NCBI GenBank assembly: GCA_043228905.1
Contig: JBHGNT010000010.1
Coordinates: 18,476,001-18,540,000 of the forward strand
Length of the DNA stretch: 64,000 nucleotides
Direction: 5' to 3'
DNA from: Azolla caroliniana
Lineage: Eukaryota > Plantae > Polypodiophyta
Shown: positions 1 to 12,600 of the stretch, piece by piece
Position numbering within the stretch: the first letter of the stretch is position 1
How the letters are laid out: every line of letters starts with the position of its first letter
The notes under the pieces: model-generated
What the model was told of the DNA's origin: nothing
The model's input: the letters and a program-made list of their open reading frames with translations, nothing else
Database searches by the model: none
Translations under genes and position numbers: made by a program

Positions 1-50
1 TGCCCCCTAACGTATCAGAATCACTCCTGGATTTTTCTCCTACAAGGTAG

Positions 51-333
51 AGGAAAACATGAGAATAGCCCTGAAATTTGGATATTCTACCAGAAATACT
101 TCCCTGATTTAGCTTTTCAATACTTGGGAGTAAGCTAGTCATTACTTGAAACCAAGGGTATTCTGGTCATTCTTTGAAACTGGAGGTTTTGCTTGTCATG
201 TTTCAACACTGAGGGGTATTAGTCATCTTTTAAGGCCAAACAGTATTCTCGTCATTCCAGTCACCCTTGAAAACCGTGGGATATCCTCTCGTGGTAACAA
301 TACCCAAATATGGGGGTATTCTCATGTTTTCCT
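51..333. mobile_element. MULE-like MITE (imperfect terminal inverted repeats) in intron 4 of the DUF2232-like gene
   Basis: AGGAAAACATGAGAATAGCCC at 51 matches the reverse complement of GGGGGTATTCTCATGTTTTCCT (312-333), and weaker complementarity continues inward. Non-coding; no clear TSD. Confidence 0.5.
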
Positions 334-1065
334 TTCCCCAAAAGAATTCTTGAAGGAAAGACCTACCAAACTCCCAAATATGAAATAAATGGTTCCCATT
401 GAAGGTACAAAATTGATTCCCATTGCCGAAAGCAGGTAAGCTATCGATGCATGCGCATTAATTGTGATCTGAAAACCGATAAAACATTATATTACATTTC
501 AAAGAGTTGTTAGTAGAGGGTTCCTCCAAATCTAGTTTCTTTGGTTAAAGAAAAATATAAAAATGTTTCTTTAAATGTCATATAAATGCATGATTTAAAC
601 TTACAAGTGCAAGAAGATTATCTCGTAACAACCATGAAGAGAGAAGCACAAAGCCAATTGCACCCATGCTTCGGACCTGGTATACAACACACACACACAC
701 ACACACACACAACATTGAAATTTGGTGTGAATGAGATATTTTGGAACGTAATAAATAAAACCTTGAATTCTAGAAATAAAAAACTGTAGTTCACGTAGTA
801 ATCTTTCACATTCCTATTCTGCCATGGTAGGCATACAAGAATGCAAAAAATGTCATTACTTTCTAGAGCATGACTGCATTTTCAGTGCATGTATGTGTGT
901 GACATATCCCAAAGAAATTCAAATCTATCAACATAACTTACCAATGTGCAAATCATAAGTGAAAAAACCCATCTAACCTCCAACCTACACAAAGAAATGG
1001 ATGTTACTGTCATTTGTGAAAACATATATGATGATGTAGAGAGAGGATAGACTTTAAAAAGTCAC

Positions 1066-4000
1066 CTCCATAGTGCCCCCATTGTTAAGCCAAGAAAACC
1101 ATGCATGAGCTGCAAAAATGACAGAAGAAAAACGTATATATGGTTATCTCAACATTTTCATTCATTCCACAATGATTAGTCCTATATTGAAGATCAAATT
1201 AATGACTTAGCTTTCAATATACATACCAAATAAGAGGCAGCTCTTATGGGACCAGATAACACAAGAAGTAACACAGCAGTTGCAACCTGAAAAGATTGTA
1301 ATAGTTCGTATTGTCATTCTTGTAATTCTTGAGGTTTAAATACAGCCACAAAAATGAGATATCATAATATTCACACATATTTTCTTGATATATCCTTATA
1401 TTTACAATCTGAAAATTTATCAGAATGTTTCTCGACTACAAGGATATTGGATGATCTATGACATTGATAAAAAAAACGTTTAATTTGGAAAACGTTTAAT
1501 AAGAATGTCTCATATAGAATGATAGTAATACCCATACACCGACATATGGAATTCTGCTTTTCAACATATTTCCTCAAAGGATAAGGCTTCCTTAGAAGAC
1601 AGGAAAATTATCATCAGTCCCAAGGCTCCTCTTGTGCCTTTTTCATAAGATAAGTCAAACATATTCCAGCATTGCTCACATTCCCTACTTAGTTTTGTGA
1701 CTTCCCCTCAAATTATGCACCTCTTGACATTCTTTTGTGATTTATTTATAGCTTGAGGTACAGGTTTTCATTCTCTTAACAGATTCTGCATAAATTATTT
1801 TTATTAGTGATGCATTTCATTTACTACTGTTACCCGGCCGGCAAAGGAGCTAAGGACGCCAAGACTGTTGTTATTTGGGAATCTGTTGTAATTACTAGTC
1901 TTAATATATTAATATATGAGAAGATGTGGACAGACGGACCAGAATCGGTATGCCGATCCGGATACGAACCGATCCCGAATAGGTGCCGGTTGGCACCGTT
2001 TTGTACTTCGCACCGGTGACCTATATAAAAGGCCGGTTACAATGTAGTCATCAACGGAGAGTAATATAAACCTTTTGTTTAATCATTGAGTATTGTTCAC
2101 CGTTCTGTGCTTATTGTATATCTTACTCGTGTTAATGACGTATTACTAAGTAACCGATTAAGGTCCAATTAAGCGTTGTGTCGTAAGTTATCTCGTCGTA
2201 ACACCCTTTGGTGAAGTGTCTTAAGTGGACACCCTATGTTAGGCTATTGTCCGGTCCTAAGGATTAACAACTACTGCAAGTGGGACACCTCAACATGATG
2301 TGATAATCCACAAAGAATATTAACATGTTTGATTAGAAACATTTCAAAAAATATGCATAAAAGTGCCTCCCAATGTCATGAGCTACATGACAATGAAAGG
2401 GATCATTCGAGGATAAACCTAAATAGCTGTTAGGGATTAAAAGATTGTGGAATAGTCCATATTGTGCCTAGAGGCCCCAAAAAACAGACCCATGCAAAAA
2501 AGATAGCATGTGGCTCAAGCTCCCATGCTAAAAATCCAAAGAGCTAGAAGAACTTGAATTGATAAGCAAAAATATGCAGTTTAGCTTTAGTAATACGTAC
2601 ACCTAAACATACAAACAAGCACACATACACAAAGCAATACGAAAAACACTAACTACACACATGATGAGAAGTTTTATTGGTATGCTTTTTGAGGTTTGCA
2701 AGTGAAAAAGGAGATATACATCAACATTTTGTGCTACTAAGGATTAACACATTGGATTTAGGTGTCGGCCTAACATAATCACTCTTAGGTTTCTTATGTT
2801 CCACATCAATCCCAAGATGATAGGATCTGGGGAACAAGCTCACAGGTCTTCCATGTCATGAGTAAATTTGAAATGGCAACATCGATTTGGATGAGTTGTC
2901 TATTATCCTCACAAACAGTAAGCAAATGTTATATGCCCCATCATTAGCAGTGAAAAATCATGCTCTAATACATGATAGTCACGATTGTGATGGAAACTTA
3001 AAACCTTGGCTGTCCTGCCTCATCTCATATAGCCACTTTCTAGATCACCCATGAAGATGAATATCTATCCATATCTGATTTTTACATTTGTGTCTTCTTC
3101 GCATAATCTAGAGCATGTTAGACGAGAAGGGAGATATCGTTGCATGGTTTTATTAAACATAGAATTCTTGCAATGAGTATCGATTAAATGGTTTAAGGAT
3201 TATTATACATACCATGCCTTTTAGTATAACAGAAGATGTAGATTAGGGTTGTGAATTCTAGTTTTCTAAATTATGAATCAAGGATTCCAGTTATGAGTAT
3301 TCATTTATTGATTGAGCTGTTTTTGTTTTAGGTTTTCAAATAGAATACTAGTCTCTACATATGCCCTGGTTTCTAGGTCTCCAATCTCAACGATATACTT
3401 ATTCAATTAAACAAGAAATCTCGTAGAATCATACCATAGTCTTTCTACCCGCTGCAGCTCCCCATCTCAATGATGAAATCACCAATGGCAACGGAAAGAA
3501 GCATCCGAAATAATTCTATTAAATTGAAAAAATTAAAGCAAAATGTCTGAGATTAGATGTTGCATTTGCAAACTTCAGGTAAGAAAGGCAAAATACCTAA
3601 TTAACAAAATTGTGCTTACTATGAAAGAATACAAAAGATGAACTATAATTATAATTTTGGGGCAGATTAAGATATTTTATAATGACAATTGGTTATAAAA
3701 GACCCAAATGGCCATCGTAAGCTAGTGTTTTCAGAGCAAAGTGAGACCTTAACATAACGATAATGGGAAAGTAATGTTATATTTTGATCAATCATAGCTC
3801 CATACCTCAATTCTGAGTGATATGAATAATCTAAGTGTCCATCATAAGTTAATACTTCCAGAACAAATTAATCTCTTAATATAACAATAAATAGGAAGCC
3901 CTGTGTCATTGAAATATTGTCAATATAAATAGAATAAGTTTAAATTATTTTTCAATAATATGAATAAAATTAATGCAAATTTGAGGCGTTTTAACATAAG

Positions 4001-5124
4001 ATTTAGTAAAATAATTAACAAAAATGAGAGACAAGTTTATGCTTGAAGCATGCTAACGAACCTATTCCTTCCAGAAAAAAACTGCTTTTTGGCAGAGGAA
4101 TGATAGGATTCTAACTTTGAATGTTATAAATGAACTTAAATAACCATCATAAGCTATTGAGATCATCTCAAATATAGGCCTTAGCATAGCAATGAGGATA
4201 TGCGGTTAAAGTACAATTATCAATATAAGAGGGCCCAATGCTACTAATACACACAGGTACATTTGTATGTACACACGTACATTTGAGCATGCATCCACAT
4301 AAATATAAATGTGCATATCATCCACAGAAATACATAAGTTCATACATACACATAAATATGAAGTGCATACATACACACAAATACAGAACTGCATCCGTAC
4401 ACACATGCATTCATACATACAATACATGGATGTCACATGTGCATGCCTACTATGTTTAAATTTCTTAATATTACTGGCAGGAAACCTACATGCGAATTGA
4501 AACCCCACAAGAAATGAGTGTGAATAAACCAACAATTACACATCTGTGCATTCGTTCTTACATACAAGTACACGCGTGCATACACACTTAATACATATAA
4601 ATATGCATACGTACATACACATATGTACATAATTGAGATAGTATATGCTACATAACCTATGTGATTGGGATAGTATTGGTACATACTTCAATCCTGAATG
4701 AGTTGCTTAGGAAGTAAGCAAGACCAGTGGCAGCAGCAAGCATAGCTGTCTCCACAAGACGTTTGGTCTCGGAAACAGCTTCCTCGGAGATAGGTATAAA
4801 CTCTTCGGAAGAGAGAGATGATGGGCACGGAGATGGAGAGAACAACAAGCTCCCGTTTCCTCTGTTCCTTTGTTTCTCATCCTCTCCATTTCTTCTGTGC
4901 TTCGTTCCGTCGAAGATAGACAACGGGTAGACAGGGATGGAGCTACCCCAGGTTCCTCCGACCCCTCTTCTTCGTGGGGCTCTTCTTGATGCTGATCGGA
5001 GTGGGAGGAGATGGAAACTGAGGCAATGCGGGGAAGAAGAAACCCTAAAAACACAGAAAAATCTGGCGTGTGGTGTTTGCTGCAGAGCAGATGGGTTAAG
5101 AGGAGGGAGAAGAGCATCGCCCAT
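1066..5124 (-). CDS. DUF2232-like predicted membrane protein, 5' part. Exons 5124-4687, 3515-3435, 1286-1227, 1109-1066; remaining exons lie left of the window
   Basis: All junctions are GT-AG and in frame. The spliced peptide reads ...ETKRLVETAMLAAATGLAYFLSNSFRIE|NYFGCFFPLPLVISSLRWGAAAGRKTM|VATAVLLLVLSGPIRAASYL|LMHGFLGLTMGALWR, resembling plant/cyanobacterial DUF2232 membrane proteins (recognised from memory). The S/R-rich N-terminus resembles a plastid transit peptide. Confidence 0.85.
1828..2269 (+). mobile_element. Solo LTR (same family as the LTRs at 49317 and 61506) in intron 2 of the DUF2232-like gene
   Basis: TGTTA...TAACA termini and a perfect 5-bp TSD ACTAC (1823-1827 and 2270-2274). 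Shares blocks such as CCGGCCGGCAAAGGAG and GTAACACCCTTTGGTGAAGTGTCTT with 49317-49752. Confidence 0.93.
2665..3200 (-). mobile_element. Highly degenerate non-LTR (RTE-like) retrotransposon remnant
   Basis: Scattered minus-strand peptide fragments (IFMGDLES, YHLG, DVEH, KSIPIKL) occur in the order expected for an RTE-type RT, with many frameshifts. Weak evidence; boundaries approximate. Confidence 0.3.
4247..4640. repeat. Degenerate (AC/AT)n purine-pyrimidine low-complexity tract
   Basis: Alternating ACAT/ACAC/ATAT motifs, which produce the spurious H/T- and C/V/Y-rich ORFs in the track. Confidence 0.7.
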
Positions 5125-5128
5125 TTGG

Positions 5129-5131
<3 letters not shown>

Positions 5132-5171
<40 letters not shown>
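5132..5171. repeat. (CT)n microsatellite, read as (GA)n in the 5' leader of the DUF2232-like gene
   Basis: Perfect CT run ending 7 nt from the ATG (CAT at 5122-5124). Confidence 0.95.
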
Positions 5172-5174
<3 letters not shown>

Positions 5175-6369
5175 GAAGCCACTGTTGTTGGGTTTTCTTT
5201 ATTTCCGAACCATGCCCCTCTGCTTTTCCGTTTATTTCCCAAAATGCCCCTCCATAACATCCTTGAGCCCATCCATGGCTTCTATGAAACTCTGTGATAA
5301 TTCATTAAGTTATCTATCTCTCATGTGCTCTCGATCGAGTAAGGAGCGGACAAACACGCACACACCCTTACACATGGCAACGTCCGGTCGAGATCAACTC
5401 AAAGATGTATGTTTTGCTATTAAGTTGGCATATTCGATGTCGTGTGGGTGGAACCCTATTTAAGTTATGCTTTCATAGAGAGACAAAGTTGGCAAACATA
5501 TATATATATATATATATATACAGAGACAGAGTGAATGCATAGGAGACATTGAGGTTATTCAATTATGTTTATCCAACATATTGTATGTCCCCCATGTTAG
5601 CTCAACGACATTTGGAGACATCGGGATGTTGATTAACATTCCTATTCACCGTTTCCAAGTTTGGTGTGAATTGGCTTTGTAAATGTTGATGCTATTTGAT
5701 ACTTTTGTTTGTTAAATATGTGAATGATCATCCCCCCCCCCCCCCACACACACACACACATACACACAAAGAAGTGGTGGCAAAATGCGTTAATTAAACA
5801 TGCATGTCCTCGAGAAACCCACATTGGATTTCCTCATCCATCAATTGCACAAGTTATCTCGAAATGTGCATGTTGTGCCTCTCGAGTGGGCTTCATTCCA
5901 AAGTTATCATGTGCAAGCAAAAGAAGTGAACAGGGCATAGAGCTCTATTGAGAAAGAATGCACGAAATGCGACTTGTCATCTGCACAACAAAGTGACGAT
6001 AGTCACATCTTCTTTTTGGGAGAGAGAGAGAGACCTACTACTACGAGTAAATGAGACTAATTGAAGCTAAGTAGCCAAACATGTAATGAGAATAAAGACA
6101 TTTATTGGAAATAATTAAAACTCAGGGGCATGTGTAGAAATAATGAGAAAGTCATGGGTACTGAGAGAGAAAGAAAGAAAGAAAGAAAGAGAGTATTACT
6201 GCTAATGATTAGAGTCATGGGTGAGATGGATGATCAGATGAACTCTTTAAGAAATATGTAATTAAGATAATGAGCCTTTTATATTGTTGTTTCAAGGGTG
6301 CAGACATCAAGGGAAATGCCTCGTTCTTGGAAGATTGGTTTGATAAAGCTTTTGTTGAAGGTGCCATCT

Positions 6370-8620
6370 CCATCTTCTTTTTCTCAGTAGAGGCTTATTT
6401 CATTTATGGGGGCAATGTACAAGATTTTTGCAGAAGTGATGGCTAATAGATTGCATAAGGTATTATCTTCTATTATTCATTATGTTTAGTTCTTAGCAAA
6501 AAAAGAACATTTACATAATCTTTTAAATGTTCAAATGACAATTGACTACGTAGAGGAGTCTAAACAAGAATTAGGGTTTTTACAATTGCCAGATATTGAG
6601 GAGGCCTATGATAATGTGGATTGGTCGTTTATAAATCAGTTGATGTCCCGTAATGGGTTTTGGTGATCATATGTTTAAGTTGATATACACATTAGGGGAA
6701 GGTTTTATTTCACATGTGATGTTCGATGAAGGAGTAACATAACCTAATTTTATTCAAAGATCAATTAGACAATGATGCCCCATTAGTAATTTATTACTCA
6801 CTATTGTGACACATCCTATTATTGTTAAATATCACAATATAGCTATGGATGAAGAACTGCTTGGAGTAAGGTTGCTATCGGGGAAGCCATGTATTGTAGA
6901 TGATCATATCGTGTTATTGGCACCTAATTGCGAAAATATTAGTAAGATGAGATGTGTGAGAATTGCTTTCAAATGCTTCAATGTTGACGATTAATATGCA
7001 TAATTTTGTCCTCATTTCATGTCCAGAACATTATGTATTAGTGTTGGGGTGGTCAAGAAGGATAGTACATCGTGATATGATTTTGCTGTCACCTTGGGCA
7101 TCCAATCGGGGTGGAACTTTCTCTTGTAAAATTGTTGAATTGGATGTCTTATTTATGTCATTTTCATGTATGAATTAACGTAGTCCAATTGATTATTGTA
7201 ATTTGTCTCTATGGTGTTGTATTTATCTTCCTTTGTTATCATGGTTGAATAAAGCTCTTGAAATAGTGTCATATTCAATGCAGATGTTGTTGTGGAAGAG
7301 AAAAGGGAAAAGTGCCATTGTCGTGGTTGGCATGGGATCATGTTTATGCTCTGAAACATATTGATGGGACAATGAATATTGAATTTATATGGGCATATGG
7401 TGGCTCGTCGATTTACTTTCATTCGATTTATGTTTGAGGATGTACAACCTCAAACAAAAATGGTGGCATACTTCGTGGAGAATACAAGAATTAAGCTTGG
7501 TAATATGATGACTAACGCTAATTGATGGAATGTCATCGATTCTAAAAGGGATGTCAAATGTGTAGAGTCTCTCGTAGTTAATCGTTTGTTGACATTTTGG
7601 CAAAGTATGTTGGATTTTGTGCAATGGCATCCTCCATAAGGAAGGGAATGTGCAAATTCGTTACAAATGAAGGTTTTGGTGACATCAAGGTTGTTGATAT
7701 GACAATTTCTTAACCTTCAATTTAATCAAATGGTTAGATTGGTTTAGTAGCATTCAAAGTTGCTCTTAGGGTCATTAATGGCCTTTTGATACAACTAGAT
7801 CAACATTTCGTATTCCAAGAGGTTATACCTTTACTTGGGATAACTTGAAAGGATTATTATCGTCATACGAGTCAAATCCTCATTTAGATGGGGGGATCTC
7901 AAGAGCTTGATTGAACATTTGTTGGAAATAGGAGATTGACTATGATCTTGACAAATGATGCTTATAAAAAGTTGATTGACAAGCATAAACGGATGGAATA
8001 AAGGGTTATAAAGATATGGGTTCTTCGTAAGCCCATTACCTAGTGGTTTAATGTGATCAAGGCATGTCGGTGTACTCGATTGATGCTATGAGCTAAAGTA
8101 TTCATTTGGAGAGTTATTGTTGGAGCTTTACCATTGGGGGATGCATTAAACAAAAGAAACAGTGCTAGTGAAACATGTTTCTTTTGTTCGGTGGAATTGG
8201 AACATAGTAAGCATGGATTTCTTTCATGCTCGATGGCTAGAATGGTTTGGAGTGTATCGATTTATTGTGGATTTCTTTATTTGGCATAAGACTTTCTTCA
8301 ATCAATTGGGGTTTTGCACATATGGAGAACAATGAACCATTGCCTCATTTCCGAATTATTTTTGAGTTCTTGAGGTTTTGGGGGCTATGATTCAATTGGA
8401 ATACGCGGAATGCCTTCACTTTTGATTTGCAAGTCGAGGTAAGAAAGCATGTTCCAAAGTTAAAAGGACTTCTTTTTGTGGCAATTGACAGTGCCGGAGA
8501 AGTCGCGAAATCTCAATCACGAAGAGGGGGAACTTTGCAAGGTCACACGTATTCATCATCATATTCGCCATTTGAACTGGTGTGTAGGGTGTCACTGTGT
8601 TTGTGGTTGTAGTAGAGTAT
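6370..8620 (+). mobile_element. Degenerate L1-type LINE ORF2 remnant (RT and C-terminal zf-RVT-like region)
   Basis: Plus-strand fragments MGAMYKIFAEVMANRLHKVLSSIIH (~6406), DIEEAYDNVDWSFI (~6592), RSIRQ*CP (~6758) and KVFIWRVIVGALPLGDALNKRNSASETCFFCSVELEHSKHGFLSC (~8095-8230). Many stops and frameshifts; boundaries approximate. Confidence 0.8.
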
Positions 8621-8811
8621 TATTTAGATCCTTAGAAGGGTGTTATACATACTTTTTGTCGTAAGTTACTAGTCATGGTGGTGGTTTTTTTCTTTCGTAA
8701 TGAAAGCCATTATTTACGAAAGAGAGAGAAAGGAAGAAAGATATATTAACGTCTTCTAAGGCCAAATTTGGCAAATGAGACAATTGGTTTACAACAAAAT
8801 GGGATATTTAC

Positions 8812-9406
8812 TAGCAATGGGCGCGGTTTGGTTTGGTTTCAAGGCAAAGAAACCAAACCGAACCGTTTATTTAAAACAAAAACCAAACCAAATCGTTTAT
8901 GAACTCGCAAGATTGAAACCAAACCATTTAAGAAATACTTGAAACCAAACCATTTAAAACCAAACCGTTTAGGGAAAAGTTGAAACCAAACCGAACCATT
9001 TAATAAAAAAATAAACCTAACCACTTAAATTAAACTAATTAAACATCTAAATAAACAAAAATACATTAAATTAAATAAACATTTAAGTTAAATTTATTAA
9101 ATCAATAAAAGAAACTTTAACTGAACCATTAAATTAAATAAACATTTAAGTTAAATGAATTAAATCAATAAAAAACCATTAATTAAAACATTAAATCAAT
9201 AAACTATTAAGGTAAAACAGAAGTTAACCAAAAACCTATAAACCTTTAAACCAAACCTATAAACCTATAAACTCGAGTTTTAGAACCGAACCGAACCGAA
9301 CCGTTTATCGAAAATCCAAACCAATATAATTTTTTGGAACCAATAAACCGTTAAACCATGGCTTAACGGTTCGGTTCGGTTTGAGCCGAAACCGTGCCCA
9401 TTGCTA
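8812..9406. mobile_element. Non-autonomous hAT-type MITE
   Basis: TIRs TAGCAATGGGCGCGGTT / AACCGTGCCCATTGCTA (1 mismatch in 17), a perfect 8-bp TSD ATATTTAC (8804-8811, 9407-9414), and subterminal AAACC/GAACC repeats around an AT-rich core. Confidence 0.93.
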
Positions 9407-9577
9407 ATATTTACCCATTCATCGAAAGTAAAAATAAAATAAAATAAAAATAGAGCTTAAGCTAAATAGTTCTAGTATGAGCAGCTAAACATGTACATAA
9501 TGGGAAGAAGGGCATTTACTGGAAATAATGAAACCTTAGGGGCATGTGTAGAAATAAGGAGAAAGTCATTGGTATTC

Positions 9578-9624
9578 AGAGAGCGAGAGAGAGCGACAGA
9601 GAGAGAGAGACAGACAGAGACAGG

Positions 9625-9663
<39 letters not shown>
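9578..9663. repeat. (GA)n-rich tract in the VPS16 5' leader
   Basis: GA/GACA repeats ending 6 nt before the ATG at 9670. Confidence 0.9.
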
Positions 9664-9668
<5 letters not shown>

Positions 9669-9669
9669 T

Positions 9670-12600
9670 ATGGCGATCTCCATCGCTGCCGAGTGGCAGA
9701 TGATGGGTGACAAATTCTACCGAAAGCAAGATCTCTACACCATGAAGTGGACCAACACAGACCTTAGCAGACATAAGGTAGCTTGTTCGCGGTTCGGAGG
9801 CCCCATAGCCATCATCAGAGATGATTCGAAGATTGTCCAATTAAGGTCAGAATCAGCTAGACCTCGTTTATCCATATTCTCTTCATCAGGAAACCTCATA
9901 TCTTCGATACTATGGGATCGACCAGGAGGTCGCCTTGTCGCGCTTGGATGGACCGAAGAAGAAAACCTAGTTTGCATAGTTCAAGATGGCACCATATTCC
10001 TGTACAACATCTATGGTGAGCTTCTGGAACCTCACATTTCCATGGGCAAAGAATGTTGGGACCAAGGTGTCTCCCAGTGTGTTGTGTGGGATCGTGGCGT
10101 CGTTTGTTTAACCGAGCGGTATGAGGTTTTCTCGATCCCTGATCTCCGGTCGCCTCATGTGCATAAACTTGCAAACCCCAACCTCGATGAAGACCCATTT
10201 TGTATGGTTGTTGTTGAGCCGCAGTTTACACAGTCTGGAGACCTTGAAGTGCTTCTGGCTGGTACCACATCAGTGATCCGAGTTGATATGCATTCGGCTC
10301 AGGAACAGGGGAGAAGTTATGGCCCTATCCAAAAGATGGCGCTTAGCCCTACCGGGACCCTCTTGGCTTGTTTCACTTATGATGGCCGGTTGCTGGTCCT
10401 GGCAAGTGATTTCTCGAGATTGTTGTCGGAATTTGATACCCAGGTTCATCTCTTAAAGCTTAATCATAGTTAATGTCAAGCTGGACTTACATATCTATAT
10501 GTATGTGCATGTTGGTAAGTATAATATGTGCATGTAGGCATTGGATCTGTATGCAATGTGTATATTTATTCATAATGTATATACATATATATCTCATAAA
10601 CAAAATAAAAGCATTTTCACATAATGCACTTATATTTTGTAGACTGATAAAAAGTATTTTACATAATTTATTCATAGCTCATGAAATGATAAAAAGAAAT
10701 TCAACAAACATTATTTATCTATTAATTTGAGCTTAGCTTGAAATTACTTTCATATGGTCCCACATTGCATTATTCTTTATATGAGGTGAACCAACAAAAT
10801 TGATCGACTAGACAAAGCTGGTGTCTCGTATAGATGTTAATAAAGTAAGTTTTAATATTAAGATATAAGATAAAACTAGTCTAAAGGCAGGCTTATATAT
10901 GGCATGGCAGAACTATATATCATGAAACAGAAAAACAAAAAGGAAGTGACTTGCAATGAAGAATGCACTCTGAATGATATTAAAATTTGACCTTACCATG
11001 AAATCACTCCAGTGAAGGAGAATTTTCCCTAAATATTCCCCATGCATTCTCTGGAAAGATTTTGCATGGTTTGTCTATGCTTAACTCCAGTGGTCCAATA
11101 TCATATGCTTGTTTAAATGAGGTGCAAAAATAACATTGGCCATGCAACAAATGTGATCAACAAGATAGTTGACCTCTAGCCATTAACAAAGAAAAGGTCT
11201 AATCTTATTGTATAAAGTAAAATAGAAAGTGATCAAGATTGCACCGAAAGTCATTAAATGGCTTGAGACTGTCCGACATGCTATTTTGAGAACCAATGCT
11301 TTCTGTGCACTCCCCATCTCTCTTTATGCATTCTCTGTGGCAGCCTACCAGTTTGACAAGAACTTGTAGAGAATTGTTACCTGAGAAAGTGCAAATGCTA
11401 CCCCTTATTTCGAATACTTAGATTCATGAATTGTGACTCTGCAGGTGGCATGTAACAGATTCACTAGATTGGGCTAGATGGGATGCAAGAATAGGCTCGT
11501 TTTTTGATTGGTGGGATGTTGCAGTGTAACATTCCTTGCATTGCCCAGAAATGTGGTATAGAAGTTAATCTGGCAATTGCTATTCAGATAGATACTATTG
11601 AAGTGCTTGAAACTTGTTTGGTTTCTATGGTGATTTCAATTCCCTTCTAGCATGTTTTGGTCATTTTCTTTTTTTCATGTCCTTTGATTTGGTGACCTTA
11701 GGGGGATTGGACATTGAGTTGTGATGTCCATAATCAATGATGGTGTGGCCCATTGGCTTTGTATCCCAGTATTTGCATCTCTGTTGTTGTCAGCATTCCT
11801 TTTCTTGTTCTATGGTAACTCCTCTTCACATTGTTAGTGCATGTGCTGGCCTATGCAAAAAGCCAGTGATGTGCAATTGCCATTGCATCCTGTGTGGTAA
11901 TATAAGGGTTCATTCTCTATGCTTTTAAAGATCGAGCAAAAGATTTGGCCAAAATCTTGTGGGCGGCTAGCCTTCTTCATCATCTTCTAAACAATGGTGA
12001 AGACTACAAAGAAGGTGGGATGCATCTTTCTTATGTGTTTGTAAGTTGAACATCTGCACATGATGTGTGCCCATCTCTTGACCTCTCTTTCACATTACTT
12101 GCAAAGTCTTTCAGCTCTAGGTATGTGAAGTGCATGGAATGAAATAGAGAAAATTCAAAATTTGTTTTTATGTAGATAATTGGGAGTTAAATCCTCAATA
12201 GCCTATCCTGTCATGCTATTAGAAACAGGTGCTTGGCCCATAGAGGTGATTGCCATGCAAAGAGTATAAAAGTATATAAAAAAGTCAAGAATATGCCCAA
12301 TCACGGAATACCAAAACAATCTTTGAACGTAGGATGTAAGGTGCAAAAAACTAATAAGAGAAAAATCCTCTAATCTGGTTGGGTGCTTGATAGTACAAAA
12401 TGGTTTGAAAGATTGAGAGTAGAAGATCTATTGGAGCTCTTAAGTATTGCCATGAAGCATGTGATGATCGAGGATAGATTACTAGAGGCACAAAGGATGA
12501 TGTGGCAAGATGCTAAAAATGTCAAAATTAAAGTACTACATTGCAAATGTTAATCCTCAATGTTGGCCCTAATATAGGATAAAAATGCTAGACTGTACCC

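Noticed and set aside
4206-4684. C/V/Y- and H/T-rich ORFs
   Set aside because: Translation of an intronic AC/AT low-complexity tract.
9544-9669. N-terminal RE-repeat extension of VPS16 in ORF 9544-10473
   Set aside because: It is translated (GA)n microsatellite; VPS16 similarity begins at MAISIAAEW (9670). Use of the upstream ATG cannot be excluded but is unsupported.
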